Shown here piece by piece: positions 39,601 to 51,094 of a stretch of DNA of 64,000 bases. The position numbers and the translations under genes were made by a program. This stretch comes from Camelus dromedarius (taxonomy: Eukaryota), in contig NC_087436.1 of the NCBI RefSeq assembly GCF_036321535.1, positions 95,730,001 to 95,794,000 of the forward strand, written 5' to 3'. The notes beneath the pieces were generated by a model, which made no database searches, had not been told where the DNA came from, and was given only the letters and a program-made list of their open reading frames with translations. The first letter of the stretch is position 1; every line of letters begins with the position of its first letter.

Positions 39601-40445
39601 AGACAGGGATGGTCTGCTTGAACGCGTCTTGGTGGGCACTCAACGTGGCCCTAAAAACAAGAAAAATGATCTAAGAGCCCCTACCTAATGTTTTAGATCT
39701 GATTAATCTGAATACTTAAAGTACTTTAAAAATGTCTAAAACTAAGGAAAGTTCTCTTAAAATCAATGATGTTACTTAAGGCAAACCTCATTAGAAAGTG
39801 ATGGTTTTCAATCAAAATTCTCGAGTTCCTGATTCTGCTGTGATGAGGCCCAAATGTGGAAAAGGGGAGCAAAGAAAACTGCAGAATAAGCCACCAAACC
39901 CTTCTTATCTCTCAGAGGCATTCTCTTAGGAGAAAAGGAGCCTCTGAATCAGGGATTAACCTATCTTTCCATCCAGAGAAAGAGCAGCAGCGACAGTCAC
40001 TGCGAGGCGACCAGGCGCTGTCACCACCCTCCACACTTTACATCACCCCATGACCTGCTGAGGGAGGTACAGCACTGGTCCACGTGGTAAAGGGGAGGAA
40101 CAGGCCTCCCGGCTGCTGAGTGGCAGCCAGGGAAAGTGACTGCCAGCTTCTCTCCAAGTTCTCCCTGTCGGACAAGCACTACTCAGACAGGAACTGCGGA
40201 AAGTATTTTACGTTCTTACCTGGCAATTAATAATAAAATAATCATTTGTGGATTTGAACCAGAGAGTCCACTTCATTTATTACAGATCCACATGGAACTA
40301 CTCAGAAAGCACCACTCAGCCCTTGCCTGGAAACACAGTACAGTAAGGAATTCGGTTTTACCATGTGGGAGAAATACAGGGCCACACTTAATTGTGGCCA
40401 CATCCCACTTTCTCTGTTTATCTCAGAGTTAATTAGATGACTCTG

Positions 40446-40850
40446 TGTAGTGGGTTGAATGGTGACCTCCAAAAAGGTATGTCCAAGTCCTAGTCACCAG
40501 AAGCTGTAAATGTTACCTTATTTGGAAAAAGGGTCTTTGCAGATATCATTAAGTCAGGGGAAGATCATGAAATGAGATTATCGGGTGGGGGTGGGGGGTT
40601 GGCGAGCTATATCAGTGACAGTGTCTTTACAAGAGTCAGCAGAAAAGAAGACAGGAAGAGGCAGAGACTGACGCGGTGCAGCCCCAGTCGAGGGAGGCAA
40701 CAGCCACCAGGAGGTGGAAGTGGCCAAGCGCAGCGCTGCCCACACCCAGACTTCAGACTTCTGGCCTCCGGACTGAGAAAGGAAAACTTCTGTTGTTTTA
40801 GCCACTAATTTTGTGATCATTTGTTACAGCAGCAACAGGAAACTAATACA
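40446..40850 (+). mobile_element. MLT1 (MaLR) solo LTR, both termini intact
   Basis: TGTAGTGGGTTGAAT...GGAAACTAATACA; flanks ctctg (40441-45) and ccctg (40851-55) form a near-perfect 5-bp TSD. Confidence 0.88.
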
Positions 40851-41379
40851 CCCTGACAGATGCCTTTTTATGTTATTTTAGTTCTTCTCTCCCTACTATT
40901 CCTGCTCATGGGTGTGTGTGGGTGTGTGTGTGTGTACAAACCTCATACTTCACACCATATTAGAGGTAAATGTGGGCTGAAAAACAGCATGTTAAGTGAT
41001 TAATAGTGGGGCTTTTCACAAAATAATTTTTTCAAACTGAGAAACTTTCCCAAGTTATGAGACGACCAATTTCCCCTTATTACTAAATCATTCCCAGTAT
41101 CTTATCAAACCTTTACTGTTGGGAGGAAAGGAATAAATGGCTGTGTCACTGGACAGCACCGCATATTCTGGTATTTAAGAGAAAGCTTAGATTTTCTGAT
41201 TTAAAAACAAAGGGTCACGCAAATCAGAGTCAATATTTTTGCTAAGAATGACCTGGAACACCACTCCCCATGCTCAGTTTTGCCTCGGTTCATAACTAGA
41301 GAGAAATCTGGCAGTGGACTGGGGCCTGCAGGCAGGGTTCTGGGCGGACAGGAGGCCACCCACCCCAAAATGTAAAAAC

Positions 41380-41657
41380 CTTTTAATTTTTACTGACTTT
41401 AAAAGGTAATACATGCTCATTATTTAAATGGGGGGGGGGGGGGGGAACAAACCAACCTTCTGAAAACACAAAGGGAAGTGAAAAACCACCTAACTAGAGG
41501 GAACATATAATTCACCTCCCAAAGCAGGAAGCTTCTGAAAGAGAAGGGGAGGAAGGCTACTAATTATTGTACTGGGACAGGTTGTAAAGCAGGTACCCAG
41601 ATGCACGGCCATCCTGCCCACAACTCGGGCATCTGCACACATGTCACGGATGTCTCT

Positions 41658-41688
<31 letters not shown>

Positions 41689-42010
41689 GAGCTGTACAGG
41701 AGACCATGCGGTCCTCTTCTTTTCCATTTAACAACTTACCTCAGACATCTCTGATGTCAGTCAACACAAATCTACTGTGTCATTTTCAAGGAGTATGGGT
41801 GTGGTCACACGATTGGAGGTCTAGGGGTTCTGCTTTGTTTTTTGGCTACTAAACAATGCCACAATAAACATTCTTCCCACTGCAGTACATTTTTGACTGA
41901 TTGATTTCTAGAATAGGTTTCTATACATGTCAGTGCTGGGTCAAAGGTGAGCACTGTTTGCACCTGGCCCATACTGCCAACTGCTCAGGTGGCCTCTTTG
42001 CAATCCCATT
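41380..42010 (-). mobile_element. Old L1 (L1ME-like) fragment containing a G16 run (41430-41445) and a (CA)n tract (~41658-41688)
   Basis: aaggtaatacatgctcatt, aacaatgccacaataaacattct, tgctgggtcaaagg motifs. Confidence 0.55.
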
Positions 42011-43809
42011 CCTCGAAAAGTATGCTCCAGATTATAAAGTTCTACCTTGCTATCTTTAGAGAAATCATTTAAACCCAAAGTAAACTTTGAGTTATTTAAA
42101 ATTCCCTAGAATTATTCTTCCTTCTCCCAGGTTGACGCCCTAAAATCCTGCCACTCTGATCCAGCTTTAACTCAGGAAGTTTACACATCTCTTTCTTTCC
42201 ATCACTTAGCGATCTTTAGATCATTAAGAGGAGAGCCTTCTTATCCACACAGGGTCTGTCTTCTCTTTTAAGGGCTCAGAAGTGACTTGGCCTCTAACTG
42301 AAAGGTCAAAGGTGAGATTCTGATTTGATCTCGTTTTAATTCTGAGCTATGAGATGGACTGTGGTCATTTGTTTGGAGTCGTTCAGTCTTACATGTTGAA
42401 ACCAGCTGAATGATTGACAAATCTCCTTTTACAGTTACAGATACAAAGTTTCTGCCACAGAAAGTGATGTGGTGATGTCAGGGGATACTCAAGGAAATTC
42501 CAGGGTACCCTCAGCTCACCTCTGTGTATAAACTGTCCAATCATCCATCCCCAGCTTCACTACCCAGATTCCAGATACTCAGAGTACTTCTAGTTAGTCC
42601 CTCTTATAAAATGCCTGATGAAGACCAATATATATCCAGGTGCCAGGCTTCTAAGAAGCTCAAACATTTGGGACAGCTGTCACAGAACCATGCAATTTAC
42701 CCTGTGCAGAAGCAGAGCCACCTGAAGACCATCATCTAGTCAGCAGTGAAAAGACTAAAGACTCATTCTATTCTCTGCTTTCTCCTTTTTCAAAACAGCA
42801 ATCTGGGGCCACATGGTGCAATGGTAAGCCTCCAGCAACTGCTATGGCACAAAGAATGTGAGAACTGGAAGAGAGCCGTGAGATCCTCTGAGAGGTCCAT
42901 GCCTCTCATTCTACCAGCCACTAGGCCAGAGCCCAGAAAAGTGAGGCCACACTGGGAGGTGTTGGCCGATTCAGAACCTGAGGCCTCACCACTCACCACG
43001 TTTCTAGTCTCTGAGAACAGTACTACCGAGGCACTACTCAACTGTGGGCAGGGCTCGATGGTGGCCAGAACTCTAGCAGACTGGGATGCAACCAGCTCCG
43101 TGGCCCTGGGCCCATTACTCAACATCTCTAGGTCCAAGTTTTATTACCCATAGCAAGGGGAAAGTCATAACTAGTTGTAGCTACATGTATTATTACTAAC
43201 ACTGATGCTCTCCAAACTCAGATAAAAGTTAAGTAATACCTAATAGACCATGCTAGGAAAACTGCTTTGCTGTATTTACTCTTGGAGATAAATAATGCTT
43301 GTGTAACTTCGTCCACTGGACTGCTGATAAAGTCAGAAGAGAACCTAAAATTTTTACCCGTTTGCAACCTTTATTCTAATCACCTGGTTATTCCTGCCTA
43401 GACTGACCAGAACTCAATCAGACTCAGAAAGCTTCCAAAGAAATGGTTCTGTTTTGCTTGAACACTAACAATCACTGAAGAACAATCATTAAGCTCTAAA
43501 ATGCTGTCAAACTATCTGTATTGAAGGACAAGTTTTTCTGTTCTTTTTAAATGTTCCAATCCACTGCAGGTCGATACTTTGATAAAATACAGTAAAAATG
43601 AATTAGAAAAACGAAATGGGAGGAAAAAAGACTGACAAAATACGGAAGTCCACATTTCTTTTATTAGGACCACTCTGCCAAACTGCTGGGGAAGTTCCCA
43701 GATGCACAGTCCCAAGTCCCGCACTTACTCTGGATCAGTAACTGTCCGGACCCACACACAGTCAGCAGGTCACACTAAAACAAAGAGCACGTACCGTCCA
43801 CTCTCCAAG

Positions 43810-43990
43810 GCCTTCCAGCACAGCGGACGCATGTGGTGTGCTTCTCACAACCACCACTGTCATCACCCACATCTCACACATGTGGCGAGTGAGGCTCAGA
43901 GAGGTTAAGCCATTTGCCTAAGATCACACCGCAAAGCAGCTGGTAGAGCTGGAATCCAAACCTGAGACTACCTGCCTAAAGTCTGCACCA
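43810..43990 (-). mobile_element. MIR SINE
   Basis: gtgaggctcagagaggttaagccatttgcctaagatcacac...gagctggaatccaaacc. Confidence 0.75.
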
Positions 43991-44358
43991 GGCACTCCGT
44001 TGTCCCCTGAGAGTCCCCAGAGGGAAGCCACACAATCCATGGTCAGTGTACTATTTAACTCAGGGTATCATCACATCATTACCCAGTTTGCAGCATCTGA
44101 GCCCTTAGGCTTTCCTTTGTCTTCTTCCTATTTCTTGGTCTTCTGGGCATTTTAATTAATTTAATTAAGAGGAATCACGAAAGGTGATAAAACTCAAGTT
44201 AATTAACTAAGACATCTGGAAACAGATTCGGTAAAGACATGACAAACAGAAGAGAGATGGCCACTGAAATTGGACTTTAAATGTTTTTATTCCACACGCC
44301 TCCCCGGTCATCAGTGAGGGCGAGGCTGCCAGCTGGACTGGTCCCCAGGTAAGCTTAC

Positions 44359-44520
44359 CTTGCCCAACAGCCGAGTGCATTTTTTCCATGTCAAACTTGA
44401 TTTTCGATCTTCCTGGAGTGGCAAGCATCTTTTCCCATACTGTAGTTACTTCTTTAAGACAAGGAGTGATTTCTTCATAATCAAGCTTCAGGCGCTTGTT
44501 CAGCAAATCATTTTCAGAGG
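44359..44520 (-). CDS. TBC1D1: TBC1D1 coding exon (162 bp, phase 1-1): (A)SENDLLNKRLKLDYEEITPC...MHSAVGQ
   Basis: ttccag acceptor, GTAAGC donor, in frame with both neighbours. Confidence 0.97.
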
Positions 44521-44899
44521 CTGGAACAGACGATTTCAGAACACGTTAGTGAATGCTACAGCCACAGGTCTCCTATTTCGTAACCCGACTGCCTGCACAT
44601 CACCCGCCGTGATGCTGAGGAGCTACAGCCAGCGTAACAGGTCCTCATCAAAGACACTGACACTGCCCCACCCCATTTCCCTACGTTGGAAAAAGCTAAA
44701 CAGCTAGGAGGTATCCCTGATTCCTACTGCCCCAGTGAACTCTTGTTGGCTGCACTGCTAACATACGCCCACACCTGTCTGGTTCGACCCATCGCCACAG
44801 CTACCCTACCAACCATAAATGGCTCGAGGGCAGGAACTATGTGTTAAAATTCCCAGCTCCCAGCATGGCTGGATCACAACAAAACTTCGTCTAAATTAG

Positions 44900-45075
44900 G
44901 AGAGGCTCTCCGAAGATGGTTCCTTCTTATTTAGAGCCAAACCTCCTTTAGGCAGCTTCGACCCTTAGTCATGCTTCTGCTGCCTGGGGCTGAACAGAAT
45001 CGAATCAATCTGACCTTTTCACATGGCATCTCCTCAAATATATGAGGATAGCTATTACTTCCTACCAACCTTATT
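44900..45075 (-). mobile_element. CR1/L3 LINE 3' fragment
   Basis: ctggggctgaacagaatcgaatcaatc...ttcacatggca...tcaaatatatgaggatagctat resembles antisense L3 end. Confidence 0.5.
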
Positions 45076-46869
45076 CAGTTCATAGCTGCATTAAGAAGAA
45101 CTGTATCTAAATTACCAAACTGGGGGAGACAAATCAATAAAGGAAAAATGTAAACTGACTCTTCTAAGAAGGATTAAAACTGACAAATTTTTGTCACTCC
45201 CACCTAAAACTCCTAAATTCTATTTAGACACAGCAGTAATGCTGTTAGTCCCGATATCCATTCCACACCACATCTCGAATCTAGACTGTGAGTTTTTTAG
45301 GAGAGTAGGTAGGCTACATGGCTAAGCATAAGCCACAAGCTCTGCTTCTGCGGAAACCTGGCCTCATCTTATAAATTAGTCATGATCCTGCCCCAAACTC
45401 CCAAGATGCCAAGCAGCATCCTTCCCATTTTACAGCCACATCCTGATTTTCTGTGGCTGTCATCTGCAAGAAGATTGGCCAGGATAAGCATTAAGGTTTA
45501 TGACCTACGTGATGAACAGAACTGCCTTTTTGCTTTTCAGCAAAAGTCTCAACCAACATACACACGATTAAAAGAGCTGTGCTCCAAAGCTGTTGTTTAG
45601 CTGATGGAACACTTAGAGATGCCATCGCTATCAAATCTCTTCTAGACACCTGCTTTAATTCTACCTTCAAGAACATACAAGAACATGGTAGAAAAATAGA
45701 GTCGGGAGAAAACGGAGGGTTCACAGATCTACCCCCTCACTGCAGCCTCCCCTTCCATAGCAGCCTCACAGGTGACCCGTCTCTCAGCTTCGATACCGGG
45801 CACTGGAGAGCCCACTCCATCCATCAGTAGTTTATTCCAACTGCTCAACTACTTTCATATCAAAAGGTGTCACTGCTTTGCATTTGACTCCCTGTTTCTG
45901 GTTAAAGATGACATACTTATTTGGAAAATGAACCTTACCAGATTTGGTGTCTTAATAACTTTCAGCTTTATATAAACATCACAATAAAAGATGAAGATTT
46001 GCAATTAAGGAGGAAGTTCAATGAAACATACTCTCATACCAAACTGCTCTGGGCAGGGTCAGCATGCACAACCTGTACAGCCTCCCTTTCAAAGAGCGCA
46101 GTCAGACTTCCCGATCAAAATCCTCCTTATTTTATATCCAGGCAGCTCTAGACACTCCAAGACCCATGCTCTGGCCATTATACCACCCAGGGTACATAAA
46201 AGTTAGCTTCTTAGCTACTTTAAAAATAATATTTTTGGTTAAGTGACTATGGAAATAGGAAATGAATAAAATCTAAACTTTCAAAGTTCCTGTCTTATTT
46301 TGATACTAGTGTAACCCTGGGCTCCTCTGAGTTGTAGGCTCCTCTTCAGGCCGCTCTCTGCCTTCTAGAGTTGTCAGCGGCATTAAGTGAGTCCATACTA
46401 AAACCTTGCTATCAGTACAGATAGAGCTCAGCTCACTTGAAGTTCAGCCCTCTGTTTTTCAGGTTACCCGCAACTCACTAAAAATGCACATAGAATGAGG
46501 TTATAAACTTTAATGATTTATGTAGGATCAGTTCATACTTAACACCCAGGCACAGACTACGGCTGAGAACAAAGTAGGGAGAGCGAGAGAAGAAAATAAA
46601 ACACTTCCTTCAGAGAGTGAAAGCTTACATTTGAAGGATGCCTCTCAGAAGATTTAATTTAATACAGTTGGTGAGATTATCATCACACCTCCAGGAAGTA
46701 AAAAGTATTTACTTTGAAAAAGCAAACAGGTATTTAATATGTATGTGTATACAGATGTTAGCGTATCCTGATCTTTTTTTTTTTCTGCTTAACATCTGAT
46801 GTGCTTCACTTCGAAGTCAGAACAAATTAAATCATCAGGCCTGTTCAATATCAAAAATGGCAAAGCAAC

Positions 46870-47055
46870 CTTGCAGCTTCTGATTTTCCTTCTCCATCCT
46901 GAGGAGCAATATCTGTTGCAGAATGGCCTTTTGCCACAGCTCTCGGAGTTCACGAGACGTCCTTTTCTTTTCTTCTGGGACGGGGCCAAAGGGTCCATCT
47001 TCACAAACTGGCTCAAGAGGAGATCGTGGGGGAAGCTCTCCCAGCTCTGAATAAT
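46870..47055 (-). CDS. TBC1D1: TBC1D1 coding exon, first in window (186 bp, phase 1-1): (D)YSELGELPPRSPLEP...LWQKAILQQILLLRMEKENQKLQ; includes the calmodulin-binding segment
   Basis: Translation matches recalled TBC1D1; acceptor ccccag at 47057-47056, donor GTTGCT starting at 46869; frame joins the next exon. Confidence 0.96.
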
Positions 47056-47349
47056 CTGGGGAGGAAAAAGGGCATTTCTGAATGGTCATTTTTCAATTAA
47101 AATTTATATTTATACATAGTGCCAAGTCAGAAAATTCTGCTCATTCAGATACCACATTATGATAGCACCAAATTTAAAATTCAAGTTTTAATATGCATTG
47201 AGAAACTATGCCTGAGCCACAAAACAAATAAATCAAACAAATTATGCGTCAAATAGTAAGCAAAAGCAGTAGCAACTGAGGAAATGGTCAAGGACAGCTA
47301 CTTTTTAAGGTACAATGTTTTTATCTTCTTCTGAGTTAATGACTGTATT

Positions 47350-47870
47350 ATTGATAACAACAGCAAATGTTCATACAGTGCTCACTCTGTACCAGACTGT
47401 TCTGAGGGTTTTACGTATAATAATTTAACACTCAACCATGCTAAGATGTAGGTACTGCAGCTATTCAGCTGTAAAGAGAAGCAGACTGCAGCACCAATGT
47501 CTCAGCGCCGCGCCTGGAGCCACACGGCTAGAAGTCACAGAGCCAGGGCTGGGACCCGAGCGGTCTGGCTTCATGTACATTCTCAACCACTGTGCTATAA
47601 GGCTATGTGTTTTAGGAGAAGATTAAAACTTATTTAATAGCCAATAATAATGGTGACCATTATCAGATCCTCTACCAAGTGCTGGGCACCATGCCAGGTG
47701 TTGTATACGGACAGAATCATTTCATCCTGATGCCAACTCCAGAAAGCAAGTATTAGCCTGAAGAGGCAACTAGGGCTCAGAGAAGCAAAGCAGGCTGCCC
47801 AGGGTGAGACACTCAATAAGCAGCTGTGCTGGGATTCCAACCTATGTCCACCTGAGTCTGAAGCCTATTC
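47350..47870 (-). mobile_element. Two adjacent MIR SINEs
   Basis: cacacggctagaagtcacagagccagggctgggaccc and gctcagagaagc...gcccagggt...ctgggattccaacc. Confidence 0.6.
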
Positions 47871-48644
47871 TTTCTGCAGACACCCCTACAACCCAAATGT
47901 CTCCGACACCGTCGATTTTCAAATTTCTATTGATTAGCTAAAACCTCTACAGCTCAAGCCTGTGCACCTTTCCTGACCACAGACACCACGTTGCTGGTGC
48001 ACAGTGTTGCTGTAACTCTCCAATGCCTTTTGGACATGCACGGGGAACACCCCACTGGTTCACTGCAGAACTAGCTCTGGGGGCAGCGGAAGTTCCCACA
48101 CAAGTGGACCTCACCTGGCACAACGCATTCTTCACATGGGCCATGAAAAGCCCGTCACACGCAACTTGAGTCTCACAGCCACCACAGGACAACACACAAT
48201 CTCTCCCACTCAATAGCTCCCACACACTAACATGTTATGATTAATTTGCAGACAGTCTTTACCACTGACTGTTCATTATTCTTCCCTCAAGTTGGGGTTG
48301 CTTTCCCACTATGAATTAAGCACAAGCCACAAAATGTTCAATTTCCTAAAGTAACTTGTCTATCTTAACTCCTCTTAAAAATACAGGATAAAAAAAAAAG
48401 GATAATAAGCCATTAAGAACGCCTTACGACCTTTTTAGGCATTTAAATGCGTATCATCTCATTTCTATTTATGCTTATTTCATTATGAGCTTATCAAATG
48501 AATAAATTAAAATCCTACTTTTTTGGAGGTAAGAAATAATAGACTATGCACATTATGGGAGGATGCTCATGTGCAATGGTCAATATAAAAAGCAGGAATC
48601 AAAACTGTCTATATAGTATGGTCTCAATTATAAATGTTATGAGA

Positions 48645-48900
48645 GGCAGTACAGTTTAGTGATTAACGGGCCTGGGGCTAGGCTGCCTGGGTTTTAATCA
48701 AGACTCCTCATTTATTGATTTCATGATCTTTAGCAAGTTTCTTAACCTCTTTGGGCCTCAGTTTCCCAATCTGTCAAGTGGGAATAACAGCACCCCCCTC
48801 ACAGTGGTGTTATAGGGATCGAGTTACTTAACCTATGTCATACGAACCACCTAAAACAGGGTCCAACCAACAGCAGGAACACAGCGAATGTTGGCTCTTA
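48645..48900 (+). mobile_element. MIR SINE, near full length
   Basis: gcaagtttcttaacctctttgggcctcagtttcccaatctgtcaagtgggaataa core. Confidence 0.8.
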
Positions 48901-49235
48901 TCATTTGCTATCACATATTCACTAAAGGGCACAGAAAAAAACACCGGAGGGAAACACATCAAGATTTAGCCACTGAACACTGCAAGCTCTGAGAAGGCTA
49001 GAATCCCCTGTCAACGAGGGCTCGCCCAGCACCAAGCCATCCCTGGCACCCAGCAGGTGCTTGATAAACAACTGTAGGAAGAGAAAGGTAGGTGCTGGGT
49101 TTGGTGTACTTGCTGTTCTTTTTTGTGTTTCCGGTATTTTCTAAATTTGTGACAGTAAAGATTTTCATAATCAAAAAATTAAAGAAAAATAATGCAAATC
49201 TGTTCTGATTTAAATTAAAGACTGAAAAATGTTCT

Positions 49236-49361
49236 TGGCAGGAGGGTATAGCTCAGTGATAGAGTGCGTGCTTAGCATGCACGAGGTCCTGGGTTTAATC
49301 TCCAGTACCTCCTCTAAAAATAAATAAACCTAATTACCTCCCCTTACACACAAAAAAATTT
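49236..49361 (+). mobile_element. tRNA-Ala(AGC)-derived SINE, camelid Vic-1 type
   Basis: ggagggtatagctcagtgatagagtgcgtgcttagcatgcacgaggtcctgggtttaatctccagtacctcc plus taaataaacctaattacctccc tail and A-run; TSD aatgttct at 49228-35 and 49362-69. Confidence 0.85.
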
Positions 49362-50426
49362 AATGTTCTCTTGCAAAACAGAAGACGAATCACCCTTCTG
49401 ACAACCTGTATACTTAGGATCACTCATTATTGAACATGATATAGTTTAAATTCATCCCTTTTCACAAAGAGTTTTAGTCCATATGCTTATCTAATCTTAA
49501 CTCTGCAGCTTAAACTCTTCCATTTGAGCCCTTTCCTCTCCTTTTTGTTTTTTTCTTTCGCCATCTTGACTGTTGAAATTCTGCTGGGCCCTGTAGTCAT
49601 GATTCAAGTTCTGCTTTATCTCATGTTGGAAGTATTTACATTCCCTCCTGTGAGACGTCCAGGCTGACGTGGTCAGTGCTAGAGCCGTGGTTAGAGCAGC
49701 AATTTCTGCACACTTTCACGTGGACACAGAAGGAACCCAGGGACCAGCCAGTCAACAGCATTAGGGTTAATCTGGAGATTCTTTCCCCCTTCTTAAACCT
49801 CACCCATAAGCCGGGCTCATCTCTCCTAGTCTCCTTCCTCAAACCACATCCTTCCTGTATGCCTGTGTGTCCTGAGAATTCCTACTACGTGAACTTTCAG
49901 ATTCCGGAGTAATGATGAGAACAGTGCAGGCGCGCCTCCTGTGTGGACGGAGCACGGCCAGGAGTTTAGGCTGTTTGGTCCCCTGGTCCACTTACTCTCT
50001 GGCAACTGGGTTGCTGACAAGGACCACAGTCTACAGATGCTTATGAAGCTCCAGTTTCTGTTATTTTCCTATCTGGAGAAATTAGACCTGCCAAGAGTAC
50101 AAGCACTGTTTGGTGATGACGACCGCGCGACCGTGAAGTTTAAGACATAAACTGCCTGCCTAGGGTTCTCTACTCTTGCCTTCTTTTTCTTGTTGTCAAT
50201 CACAGCTCAGTCTGTTGAGCCTTTACCATGTGATGAGTCCTTGGCACAGAAAAGTCTGTCTGTGGCAACCACCTCATGAGATATGAGAAACTATCTCCTT
50301 TCTACAGCTAAAGTAACCATGGTGCAGTGCAGTTTCGTAACATGGTCAAGGTGACATGGCTTGTAGGGGTCAGAGCCACGATCTGAACCAAGGTGCATTC
50401 TCCTCTAAAGTAAGAAATGTCTACCC

Positions 50427-50590
50427 AGTGCTCCTCTAACTTCTAGATGCACACACATAATGTGGGTACCTTGCTAAAATGCAGATTTTGACTCAGTCTG
50501 TCTGAGGGGAGCCTGAGAGTCTGCATTTCTATCAGGTTCCCAGGTAATGCCACCACTGCTGATCTCAAAGCACACTTTCAACAGCAGGCT
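50427..50590. mobile_element. MER5A-like MITE
   Basis: cttgctaaaatgcagattttgactcagt...gagcctgagagtctgcatttct...ttcccaggtaatgc. Confidence 0.65.
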
Positions 50591-50883
50591 CCACACTACA
50601 TTTTCACTCCTCACTCCCTTAGGTACCCCTACACACTTATCATCATGTCAGCTCTTTATTTTCCTTTGCTGTTACCACTAGAACACCGTTTAAGAGCTGC
50701 TGTCAGCCACCTGGATTTAAGCCTTTACAAGTGGTCAGAGCTTCTCCCGACCTTGGTCAGGATACCAAGGCCAAGTGCAGAACACAAAGGATTATCAGCG
50801 CTAGTGTTAACTTCACTTCTGAATTAACTAAATAAAAGCTAATCTCCCCTGCAAAGCTCAGCAAATTAACCTAACATTTTAAG

Positions 50884-51094
50884 CAAGGTTTCTTAACCTC
50901 AGGACTATGGACACTTAGGGCTGGATAATTCTTTGTCACGGGGGACCGTTCTGTGCATTGGAGAGTGTTTATCAGCATCCCTACCCCATGACAGCAGCAT
51001 CCACTCACCCCAGCAGTGACAACCAAAAATCCCTAGACAGCGCTACACGTCTCCTAGGGAGACGGGGGACGAGATCACCCCCAGTGAGAACCCC
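50884..51094 (+). mobile_element. MER20 hAT-Charlie MITE, near full length
   Basis: tttcttaacctcaggactatggacact...ctggataattctttgt...gtgacaaccaaaaat...atcacccccagtgagaacc. Confidence 0.8.

Noticed and set aside
49241..49312. Functional tRNA-Ala(AGC) gene
   Set aside because: Mutated A and B boxes, SINE-type tail, A-run and TSD indicate a SINE
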